In this document: positions 10,506 to 22,024 of the stretch, in pieces
Position numbering within the stretch: the stretch's first letter is position 1
How the letters are laid out: the number at the start of each line of letters is the position of its first letter
NCBI GenBank assembly: GCA_043228905.1
Contig: JBHGNT010000001.1
Location: forward strand, 8,370,001-8,434,000
Length of the DNA stretch: 64,000 nucleotides
Direction: 5' to 3'
Source of the DNA: Azolla caroliniana
Lineage: Eukaryota > Plantae > Polypodiophyta
The notes under the pieces: generated by a model
What the model saw: only the letters and a program-made list of their open reading frames with translations
What the model was told of the DNA's origin: nothing
Databases searched by the model: none
Translations under genes and position numbers: made by a program

Positions 10506-13080
10506 AAGCAACAACAACAAGATTTAGTTATTCTGTTTTTAGATTTTGAGAAGGCTTATGATAGAGTGGATTGGGATTTTATGGAAGGGAAATTATTGCG
10601 TATGGGCTTTCCAGCACAATGGATTAGGGCGGTGGCCGCATTGTATAAGACCACGTATAGATCTCTTTTGTTTTTAGGTGATGTTTGTGGTAGATTTTCA
10701 CTTTCGCGATCAATAAGACAAGGGTGTCCGCTTGCTCCCTTTTTGAAGCCTTCTCTGATTTTCTTAGGTGTAGGATTGTGGATATTCGGGGTATAGCCTC
10801 ACAGTTACCTATACAAGGATATGCAACCTCCGTTATTGATTCAGAATTTGTTGATGACACCGGTTTATATGTTTCTGTAGATAAGGGGAACTTGTTGAAT
10901 CTTCAACAAGTGTTCTCTGATTTTTGTGAGGCTTCAAGGGCTTTGATCAATTGGGAAAAGCCCATGAGGTTTTGGGTTGCGTCATCATCTCCCCCACAAG
11001 ATGTGCCAACTCAAGGTTTTATTTGGGTACCTCGACGTACAACCATAAGGTATTTGGGTTGTCAAGTGGGGATAGATTTGCCAACAAAAGAGATGGTAAC
11101 ACCCCTTTTATTACGGGTTAGAAATAAGTTGTTGTATTGGGATACCACTAATTTGTCTCTACCAGGAAGGGTGGTTGTGGCAAACTCGCTTTTTCTTGTA
11201 TCAATGTGGTATGTTGCATCAATATGGCTATTTTCAAGGTCTATTATAAACTACAACGTTTAGTTCGTAATTTTATTTGGGGTGCCCCGGTGGGATCAAG
11301 GGTTGTTGCAAAAGTTGTGTGGTCGATTTTAATCCGACCAGGACATGAAGGTGGACTTGGCTTAATAGATCCTCTGCTCCAAAGTAAGGCCCTTCTTGCA
11401 AAGCATGTTGTGGGAATGAGTTGTGGAAAAAGTTATGGTTGTTATCTCTTCGTAGCATTAAACCTACAATAGGAGGACACTAGCAAGATAGTTTTCGATG
11501 GTTGTTTAACTTTGAATTTCCAATTAAGGCTCATAATATTAGTTCTATGAGATTCTTTACAGGTATCGATGGAAGGACATTAGGGAGGCTCTCCTATTTC
11601 AACTTCCATCAACCGAAACCCAATTTTTAAGGCAATCATTGTTATGGAATCCTTTGTTTATTAATAGCTTTGGTTGTGTTTTAGGAATTAGACCACATTT
11701 ATCGTGGGGAAAAATGGACTCAGGACTAGCTACCTCAATGGCTGCTTGGGAGTGGTTTCAACTGCTCTTAGAGGAGGGCAAAAAACAATTTTTATCTTCT
11801 TTGTGTGGGGTTTGTTTGATGTCCGAGTAGATTCAGCATGTTATGCAAAATTGTCAAAGTCAACTTAATCTAGTCAATACTTATACATGGTATGGTCTTT
11901 TCTCTTCTTTGGGTGTTTTAATGGGTGCCCGAGCATATGCTAACCAAGGTCAAATAAGATTTTATGACGTTGGCGATGATGGTCTTTTTATATTTAGTGT
12001 ATATAGAAGTTGACGTTATGCAGTTAGCCTCTGCAAAACCCATTAGGGTTATTGCTCGGTTGGACAAGAACATTTTCTTAGATCCGAGCCCTTTTTTGGC
12101 AGATCATGCAATACAAATATGGGCATTCCAAAGTAAGCCAGTGACAAATCTTAATTGGGACCCAACAGATCATGCATGGCGGTTGGTTTTTTGTTCCTCA
12201 ACAAATGAACAAGAGAGTAGGATTCTTGCCTTTTACCAATACTCTGTGGCATATGGGAGAAGTTTTTGGATGCAACATCATTGCGTAAATCCTGCTGCAC
12301 AAAATATGTCGCATCAATATATGGCGGCTTATTGGAAACATGTATGGGCTCTCCGATGTATGCGGAGAGAAATTTCTTTTAAGTGGTTAATGCTTCATTA
12401 TGCTTTAGCTGTAGGTTTTCATTTAAAAGGACAAGTCGATGATCGTCGTTGTGTGTGTTGCCAAGCCCAGGAGGAAACTTTGAAACATTTGTTTTGGACT
12501 TGTAGTGTAGCTTGACAATATTGGTGAAGAATATTGATGATGTTTTCTTGTAAATATAAGGGAGCAGTTTTTACATGGGGTCCCGTTTTCTAGGGGTCTT
12601 TGGATGTGCATGTATCTTTGTACGAGGTGGAGCAATACATGGAAGCATTACGTGTGTTGGAGAATACAACTGAAGCAGTTCTTCCTAACATTCTTGGTGG
12701 TAATTTTTTTAGAAATTCTTTTGTTTGGAATATTGTTTCAATTAATGCTTTATGGGTGTGGTGGAAGTGTCGTTGCAACAAGAAATATGAAGGCATCGAG
12801 TACAATGTGGTGGATATGAGTAAGATGTTGTGGGACAACTTGGTGCACACAGTTAAGGGAGAGTATGATAGTATTAAAGGAACACCGAAAAAGGTGCATA
12901 AGAAAAGGCAAATTCGTAAAATATGGTGGCCAATACCTCTCTGGTTGGATGAGTCACAAGAAGATCATTGGAATTATGTTCCACCACGTTGGCAATTCCT
13001 TCCCCATAGTCCTTTCTTATTTCAAACATAATTGTGAGGTATATAGTTTCTTCTTTCCTCTTTATCTTACAGGTTGACAA
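10506..13080 (+). mobile_element. L1-clade LINE ORF2 remnant (RT C-half and zf-RVT), pseudogenised
   Basis: LDFEKAYDRVDW, SIRQGCPLAP, FVDDT, RYLGCQVG, LSLPGRVVVAN, EGGLGL, and the zinc finger CVCCQAQEETLKHLFWTC; multiple frameshifts and stops. Confidence 0.9.
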
Positions 13081-13169
13081 GAAGGATTGGGGCAGTCATG
13101 TGGACTAACAGGGGCGGGATTCATCTTCTGATTTTGGATAAGGGTACACGATTTTGGTTGTAAATCAAC

Positions 13170-13930
13170 GAGAGTGAGATGGTTGATGTGGATTAATGAA
13201 GCACAATTCATGTTTTTTATAAGGATGAGTGTTGGTGGTGTGGGGGCTAAAGCATAGTCTCTTCAGAAGACTAGACTCATTTAGCGGTAATCGGTGAGAA
13301 GTTTGATGTGGACTTGAGGAAGCAAAATGCATGTTTTTTATAAGGATGAGTGCTGGTAGTATGGGGGTTGAAGCATAACCTATTCAGAAGACTAGACTCA
13401 TTTAGTTGTTTGTATGTACAAGTTTTGGCAATAATCCACGAGAAGTTGATGCGGACTTGATGAAGCAAAGTGTATGTTTTTGGATAAGAATGAGTGATGA
13501 GGGTGTGGGGGGCGAAGCATACTCCCATGAGGGGATGAGGAAAAAATATTCATGTATTGTTGTATGTGCAAGATTTTGGTGGTATTCGGCGAGATGGATG
13601 ATGTGGACTTAATGACGTAGAATTTATGTTTTGGATAAGGATGAGTGATGATGGTGTGGAGGTCGAAGCGCAATCTCATGAGGAGATGAGGAATTTAGAC
13701 ACATTTTATTGTTTATGTGCAGGAATTTGGTGGTATTCGGCGAGATGGTTGATGAGAACTTAACGATACAATTTTTATGTTTTTTGATACGGACGAGTGA
13801 TGATGGAGTGAGGGCCGAAGAATAAGCTCATGAGGAGAGGAGCAAACTTGACTTAATTTGTTGTTGTCTGTACAAGAATTTGGTGGTAATCCAACGAGAT
13901 GGTTGATGGGGAAAGAGGAAGCATAGTTGT
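13170..13930. repeat. Degenerate tandem repeat, ~120-155-bp units, ~6 copies
   Basis: Recurrent GATGTGGACTT(A/G)ATGAAGC..GGATAAGGATGAGTGATG..GTGGGGG motif near 13184, 13305, 13448, 13600, 13751 and 13905. Confidence 0.75.
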
Positions 13931-14599
13931 TGACTTTACAACGACGAATGTGGAAGTGGTTCTCTTGAAAAACCAAAGAACTTAATTGACCCCCTTCAAA
14001 GCCGAGATGTACAAGTTGAAGAAGTATTGAATGGCTCATAACTATGACCTGAGAGGGTTTGTTTCCGAATAGAGCTACTTTCGTTGTTGCTTATGAATAT
14101 GGATACCTTGCAATGTGTCTAGGGAATAGATTGTAATTGTTGGACTGTTTTCTCTATGTTGGAGTACATAGATTTGTTTCCTTTAGTACTGTCTACACAA
14201 TACGGGTTTGGGAAAAAATTCTTTTGTATGATGTAACTGTTATGACATTTCTTTATAACTAATGGAAGGATAATTTGTTTTGAAAAAAGAAAAGAAAAGA
14301 AAACCCATTCTTTACACTCTTGGTTAACCCGCACACGTTTGTCCTCGTATATATAATATTGCGGTACAAACTACCACGAGATAAGTTATGGTCATGCCTG
14401 TAAAAACAAAGCATGTTATTGTTGTCATTGTTAACAACATTTCCACCAATCTAACTCAAACAACGTTATTTGGATATTTAGAGTGCATTTGAATTACAAG
14501 ATACATTCTTGTAATTTGTGTACTCTTATCCTATTCATAATACAAAATTCTTCTTTTCTTATTCATCTCCATCACTTTTCTTCGCCCTCTTCTTGACTG

Positions 14600-15800
14600 A
14601 GGCCTTTTCAAAAATTGGACATAAAAATCACGTACCAAATTATTGCACAATCGTGGTGAGCTCAACTATTTCTAAATTGTATAATATTATCATGGAGTAA
14701 ATGATAAGTACATGCCTTGAACGCCAAAATAAACAAGCATTCGAACAAGCAATCTTTCAACCAAAATACTCCACAATGGATCATTTCATTGCATTATGAG
14801 TAAATTATGGAGGAAAGTCGACTTCACAAAAATATATTGTAATGTTGTTTTGTTTATTTCAAGAAAGCTTTTGGGATACCAAGAGATGAGCTCTAGATTG
14901 AAGTGATTGAGATTAGAATATCATTATAGTACATATATAATAGGCGTTACACGTTGATGAGCAAGTTTGAGGCCCACTTAAAACCAATCATGGATTTTCT
15001 AAACACTTTTCAAGTAACATGGGGATTAAGTAAGGATGTTCACTCTCTTCGACACTCATTGGTCTATGCATTGATAAATTAGAGGAAGTAGTAAGTAAGG
15101 GTGAAATAGAAGAAAGATTAGATGTACTAAAACTTATGCAACTATTTATTTTATTGCTTTTCTATGCATATGTTGTGATTCTCTTTTCATACAACGTTCA
15201 TGCAATACAAAAGGTAGGCAATGTTTACTTGGAAGTAAGATGGAACTATAGAAGCATTTTGCCAAAGTAGAGGACTAATAGTTAATGTGGATAAACAAAA
15301 ATGACAATAGTGGGGAGTCAAGACTATGCTATGGTCTACCTTATCAACGCTCCACTTTTGAATATATATAGATGTCACGGGCGACAATAGAACCCATACA
15401 ATTTGTGCAAAAAATTTAATATCACATTGATACTAGCCACAAATAAATGGAGTGTATATTTTGAGTCTCGGCTTCACCCTATGAGAAAAAATTATTACAT
15501 GATAGAGAATCAATGCAACCAAAGACAAAAATCTAATGTTATTTAATGCCATAGTGATTCAAAATTTGTTCTTTGGAATAGAAGTGTGGGTGGCAATGTT
15601 TCTCTCATTAAATGCATGGAATGATATCCAGAGAATTTAGAAAATATTCTTTTGAGAGTTAAATTCAGTACTACATATTAGGTTATGCTATTGGAAACTA
15701 ACCCTTGATTGATAAAGATGATTTCATTACAAAAGAGCAAATAGGTAGATTATAGAAGTTAAGAGTATGTTTAACCATATATTACCTAATTTGGCTTGCA
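14600..15800 (+). mobile_element. RTE-clade LINE reverse transcriptase remnant, highly decayed
   Basis: PFSKIGHKNHVPNYCTIVVSSTISKLY, QAIFQPKYSTMDH, CCFVYFKKAF, GCSLSSTLIGLCID and LFYAYV (decayed YADD) occur in the expected order. Confidence 0.7.
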
Positions 15801-15836
15801 AAGTTGGATATAAACTCCAAAACATAGTTCCTAATA

Positions 15837-15900
15837 TTCGCGTACGTCCAATTTACTGGACGTACGCGAACGTTTGCAAACGTACGCGTATGATACGCGA
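15837..15900. repeat. Cluster of CpG-rich palindromes (possible DNA-transposon end)
   Basis: Perfect 14-bp stem TTCGCGTACGTCCA/TGGACGTACGCGAA with a 6-nt loop (15837-15870), then ACGTTTGCAAACGT and CGCGTATGATACGCG. Confidence 0.7.
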
Positions 15901-16199
15901 TATTCGTTTGGCTTTCTTTTTTTTTGTGACTTTTTTTGGGTTTTTTTAATTTTTGATATTCATAATATTTTGTGAATAGAAGTGACATCTGACACACATA
16001 CACACACACTCTCTCTCTCTCACACACGAGAGTCCAAAAAAATAATTCATAAGGGAAAAAAATTCTCATTTGTTTAGGTACTTGACACAAATAAATGGTT
16101 TAGAAGGTGGGATTTGGAAGAGATTTCAACCGATTCTATGCACTATGTGGTTATGGGGGGAATATTTATGGAATGTCTAATGATTGAATGGCAAGGTGC

Positions 16200-17600
16200 C
16201 AAAAAGTTGCAAATGGAACATTGCATTGCAAACAACAATTGTGAATGTTGAATTCCATATACTGTGAGGATGCAATATGCCTAATCATCATATTCTACCA
16301 TACCTAATAACCAACATGATTTTTAAGTCTTGTAGGGTCATTACATTACATCACACTCAATCACATGCAACAACTAGAAGGTCAAGCTCCTACGTGATTG
16401 CACCACTCATGCACAAAGGACGTCGCTTCTTAGGAAGGAGACAAGGACAATTAGTGAAATTAGGTTTTTGTGGGCATTGACAATTTGTAGTGCTATTTCT
16501 CTCCTCCAACCCCATAGACACATAAATCTCACTTAGTGTTATGTTGCATGTAACTATATTCTCTAGTTCTCTGCAATCCACCAATCAAAGAAATAATGGA
16601 GTGTCTCTTCATGTAATTAAGTTGAAAATGTTTTCAAGGCTAGAGAGGTATCAATCGAATGTTCATTCGTGATCACACCAATATAGTAGTTTCTATGATG
16701 ACCAATCCATTAAGCAATAAAGGTTATTCCTTTTTGTGGGGTAGTTTGGAACAACATAGTTTTCAAGTATTAAAGACCACTCTCTCAATCGAAACGTTGT
16801 TACACATAATAGACCCCAATGAAATGTTTCCATTGCAAACAAATGTCCACATTCACCATCAATTTTATTAGTTATTGTTGTATAGAGACATTTGTGCAAG
16901 TGATTTTGTTAATTGCCAAGTGGGAAAGTATTTCAATGGATTTTATTGTCGATTCAACAACTCATAGAAGCCATAGCTATACATGGGTTGTTGTGAACAA
17001 GCTTACTAATTCAAGCGAGTATATGACTCCAATAAGTTCCTTCATCGATTGATTATATAATTTGAATTCATATCCATTGCCTACAAAAATTAAATCAAAG
17101 CACGATGAGATGTTATTTGTAACTTTTGGGTATGGATGCCCAAACAATTTTTATTAATGTTTCACTATGTAGATATGATCATATCACAGCCAATAGGCAA
17201 AAAGAATATGTGCTTAGTGAATGCATTAATACCAAACATATAAGGCAGTGACCATTTGCCTCTTCTAAAGTCTACGAGGTATAACAAATTTCTAGTGATA
17301 TTTACGCATTGTGGTAAGGTAGGTTAGGCAGTGACGTTTTGCCAACGCTTGTGAAATTTTGTAAGTCCACCTACGTATGTTTTGTATTGCACATCACAAC
17401 ATCTTATAGACATAAACTGTGTACAACACACAATTGAGATGCACTGACTTGTAGGAACCATATGGATTGCAAAGTGCTTGAGAATTCTAAGACCTAGTTG
17501 CAATGTTGTTAGGAGATTATCATACATTGTGTTTGAAAATTCATGCTAGTTGCTCAAAGAAGAGTACTTTTGGTGGTTTGAAACACGTTTACTCAAAATA
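16200..17600 (+). mobile_element. Highly decayed Ty3/gypsy pol remnant
   Basis: Integrase-like WESISMDFIV and WVVVNKLT (16920-17010); RT-connection-like FLWGSLEQHSFQVLK. Boundaries are uncertain. Confidence 0.55.
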
Positions 17601-18479
17601 CCTTTGGGGGTAGTTCCATGGATAAGATAAAGTCCTCGAGGTAACTACTATCAAAGGCATTACCTCATGAACCCAAAACAAATGTTAGACATACATGCAA
17701 AAGTTCATTGTAAGTCCATCCTGAAGTGGTAGGATGTCAATGAGTCAACAACCAAATAGGAGAATAGCATAGGAAGAAGGTAGTATCGTTACAATATACA
17801 TGAGTCGTACAAAAGGTGTAGGGGCCAATGTGTATTTCCCATGTGTGAAACCTAGGAAAAAGTCAGGACACAAGGGAAGAGAATGGGACCAAAACATAGG
17901 CTAGACACGTACATGCAAGATAAACACATTATAAAGTGTGTCATTGGACATCCGTCGGGAAAGTGGTTGGACGACGACGAATCAATGACCAAAGAGAGGA
18001 GCGAGAACCGTTTCTCGTAAAGGGAGAATAAATGTAGGACCCAAGGGGGTGTACGATCACAACGGTCGTTATGTTGTACGGAGGAGGTTCAGGGGAGGGG
18101 GCTGAGATATTAATATAGTTTCCCCACGTGTGTGGAACGTTAAGGGGAAAGGCAGTCGGGTGACCGCGGTGCGGACAATGGTTTGGTCGGGAAAGTGACT
18201 GACTTTCAGTGGGATGGGCGGGCGGGCGGACAAAAGGGGGGGTGGGGGGGTTGCCGGGGGGCTTCAATGGCCGGCCGGATTTTACTAGTGTCAAAGAAAA
18301 GCGAAGAGAAAAAAAGAGAAGGAAGAAAGCGGCCGGAGGAGCGAAGAAGCCGACGAGATGCGCAGATATCTGCAGATGCAGAGCTTGTGATGGCCCCCCC
18401 CATAAACAGACAGAAAAGACAGGGACACGAGAAACGCAGAGAGAGAGAGAGCATATACATCAGAACAGAGAGGGGAGAG

Positions 18480-18550
18480 TGAGAGTGAGCGAGTGAGTGA
18501 GAGAGAGAGAGAGAGAGAGAACATAGACAGACAGCAGAAGGGGAGGGTAT

Positions 18551-18622
<72 letters not shown>
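18480..18622 (+). repeat. (GA)n microsatellites in the transporter 5' UTR
   Basis: Long GA run ending directly at the ATG (18623). Confidence 0.95.
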
Positions 18623-18628
<6 letters not shown>

Positions 18629-21600
18629 GATAGCAGTATCAGCGGGGGTCGGCAACATCAGCTGGGAACAGTTGGAGCTCTCAGCCTCTCCGTCATCTCC
18701 TCTGTCTCCATCGTCATCTGTAACAAAGCTCTGCTCAGCTCCTTCAACTTCAACTTCGGTAAACTCCAAGAGAAGGCAGCAACCTTTCATTTCGTTTTAA
18801 ACGCTTCTCCTCCCTCTTGTTTTGAAGATTGTGGGAAGGGAAACGTCCATTAGTGCATTCTTTCCTTTCGATTTGTCGTTCTCCTTTCTCTAGCTTTTAA
18901 GATCGTGGATTAGGGCTTAACATGCACTGTAGGTGGATGCACAATCTGCACTGTTTTTTTCCCATTCAGATCATGGATGAATGGTAGACGATGCAATGAA
19001 AAAGGAATTGACGGCTGAGTTTCTTCTTAGAGCTATGAAAATAAACCATTCAAACCACAGATTAAATCAGCAAAATTCGAGCTTCTGATGAGTAGTCATG
19101 AAAGTCAATCATTGAAATTCCAACTGCTGATCTCTTATCATGAGAGTTCTTCAAGCTGCTGATAGGTCATTAGAAATTTGAGCTGCCGATATGTTGTTAT
19201 GTGGTTGGATCTCCAGCCATTGATGTGCTCAGATCTAATGGATTTGAAGTGCTTGTTTCCAAAAACATTGTTGCTCAATCCAGTGGATGAGATTAAGATT
19301 TTGCTGACTCTGCCCCATAATGGATCTGAACGCACAGTGTAGTATCTTTTGAATTCCACAAGTGATAGAGACATGACAATGTAAGTGATAGAGACATGCA
19401 CTTAGAATACCGTTTTCCACCTAGAAAGTCAAGGAGAAGAGGTAGATAATTGAGCTATCTGAGATCCGACCGATCTACTGGAACTAGAGGTCGAATCAAA
19501 GTCTAAGACTCTGTTTCAGGTGGAACACTTACCAAGTTTTGTAGTATCATGAAAATTAATGCACAAGTCTGTTCCTTAGGACATGGAAAGTGAGTTTATG
19601 AAGCCATTTTATTAGATCAAATTGGTGGAGATGCCGAAAGCATCTTATATGATGTATAAAACTGAATGCTTTCATATTGTTTCATAACACATAATGTATT
19701 CTCAATAAAATGACTGTATGCACATTTTATTAAGCTTCATCGATTTGTCTTGCACTCTGATTTATTTCATAGAATGCATCACAAGAATCTATTAATCTTT
19801 GTACATGTATTGTGCTTAGATTCATTTTACAATATGCATCAAAAGAAGTAACTATCACCTACACACACATCTTTGCCAATGACTGGTTCATATGAATACC
19901 TCCCACCAGTTTTTGTTTCTGAATCAGTTGATTGGTAATTTTATCTGAATGTGGGAATCAGGATTCTATATGCGTATTGTCATTAGATATGTATGTTCGT
20001 TTACACATACATACATACATTGTGGCTTATTTTTTCCATCTTTGTCTACCTTTTTGATTTTGTAATTATAATATACATGGATGTTTTGCATTCTTGAAAA
20101 CCTTTGCCCCTTGTGTGTTTGCCATGGGATCTGCGTTTCTTTTATTCCAGAGGCATATCTAATGGGATGGTGATGATTCTCTTGGTTTTTCTTACAATTG
20201 GCAGCAACGACACTCACAAGCTGGCATCTGGTGGTAACCTTCTGTTCTTTGCATGTTGCAAAGATGCTGAAGTTGTTTGAGCATGAACCATTTGATCCAC
20301 GAACTGTGGTGGGTTTTGGAATTTTAAACGGAATCTCAATTGGATTATTAAACCTTTGTTTGGGTTTCAACTCTGTAGGTTTCTATCAGGTAAATTTCTT
20401 CTGAATATCTGGAATTTAGATGCTGTTTTTCATGGGTGCATCAAAATTTTAAGTCTTTTATACTGAGCACCAGTTTTGAATAAGCAGATGACAAAGTTAG
20501 CAATCATCCCTTGCACGGTTCTACTTGAAACATTATTTCTACTAAAAACATTCAGGTTGGTGACTTTCCAATCGCCGTAGACTTATTCTTATGTTCTTTA
20601 TTGCTGCATGCATGGATGAAGTTCCATCACTTAATGACCGTATTGCTTAATCCTACAAACACATTGGTTAGCATAACAGAACTTGTCTTACTTGTCACCC
20701 CCATATGTCTAGGCTAGTTAATGTTATAAAAGTATATTCACTATCTCAGAAGATGAAGCTCAGTTTTGTATTTTTATTTATTGAATTTGTTTTTTGTAGC
20801 CGGAAAATCCAGGCATCACTCTTCATTCTTCTCCTTGGGGTAGGGATTGCTACAGTCACAGATCTGCAGCTCAATTTTCTGGGTTCCATTCTGTCTATTC
20901 TGGCAATTGTCACAACATGCATTGCACAAATCGTATCCTTTGATAACTGAACAATGGTTTTTTGCGTTTCTTAATTATGTCTCTTAGGTGTAGTTTTTTG
21001 CTATATGATTACAAGTTGAAAGTAAAGTACTTAACACTGTACACTATTAGATGACTAATACAATTCAGAAGAGATTTAAAGTATCATCTACCCAACTTCT
21101 TTACCAATCTTGCCCATATCAAGCCGGAATTTTGCTTCTATCAGGACCTTTTCTAGATGGCTTTTTGACAGAGAAAAATGTCTTTGCTTTTGATTACAAC
21201 CCTCAAGTTCTGGTAACAAATTCTCTTCCGATTTGGATGCATACATTGCATTTTATCAGTTTTGAAATATACTAACTTTACACTCTGGCCAATTCTTATG
21301 CAGTTTTTCATCATCCTCTCCTGTTTAATATCAGTCTCGGTTAACTTCAGTACATTCCTTGTCATTGGGAAGACCTCTCCTGTGACATACCAAGTCCTAG
21401 GACATCTAAAAACATGCCTTGTTTTGGCATTCGGATACATACTTCTGAAGAACCCCTTCAGCTGGCAAAATGTGTTCGGCATTGGTGTTGCTGTAGTTGG
21501 CATGGGCGTTTACTCTTATGTATCTGTCAAAGAAAGTCAGCAAAAAGCCATCGAAGAACTGCTGCAGGTAACAACAACCAATATTTCCTCTTCGGTGTCT

Positions 21601-22024
21601 CTAGTGTTTGGCAAATGTTCTCTTTATTAATGGTCTGAATGTTTTCTTCATGCATGGCATAATAGGATACTGAAAGAAAATAAAACAAAATGCTATGCAT
21701 GTAGTATAGGGATTTGTGAGCAAGATTACCATAAAGTTAGAGGAAATTTGCTGGGAATTTAGATGTTTCTGTCAGAATATAAAAAAATTCAGATTATGAA
21801 TAAATCTTCAAGATGCAAATCCAAGTGTTCAACAGGTTTTTTAATGGTATCTTATTATGAGAGCTTTTGTGGTTTGTGATATGTCTTTCCAGAAGGTGGA
21901 TGAGAGAGATCTGGAAGCTCTGATCAAAGATGATGTGAAGGCCCGTAAGGGGGATGAATCGGGCGAGGATTCACCTCTGTGGAGCAGCATCACACCAAAG
22001 CCATCAAAAGATCTTGACGCATGA
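18623..22024 (+). CDS. UXT: UDP-xylose transporter / nucleotide-sugar transporter (TPT family), 7 exons: 18623-18758, 20205-20389, 20488-20555, 20800-20932, 21051-21212, 21304-21567, 21893-22024
   Basis: LGTVGALSLSVISSVSIVICNKAL, ATTLTSWHL, GFNSVGFYQMTKLAIIP, MTNTIQKRFKVSSTQLLYQS and IGKTSPVTYQVLGHLKT. Splice sites keep the frame; the protein ends KDLDA*. Confidence 0.92.
20933..21050 (+). other. U12-type (minor spliceosome) GT-AG intron
   Basis: 5' splice site GTATCCTTT; branch point TACTTAAC at 21028-21035, ~15 nt before the AG; no polypyrimidine tract. Confidence 0.88.

Noticed and set aside
13170-13930. CRISPR-like array
   Set aside because: Eukaryotic context; whole units are homologous with no unique spacers; no cas genes.
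14320-14360. Helitron terminus
   Set aside because: No clear GC hairpin followed by CTRR.
18183-18800. ORFs with poly-ER or poly-LS
   Set aside because: Translations of the (GA)n microsatellite or antisense to UXT exon 1.
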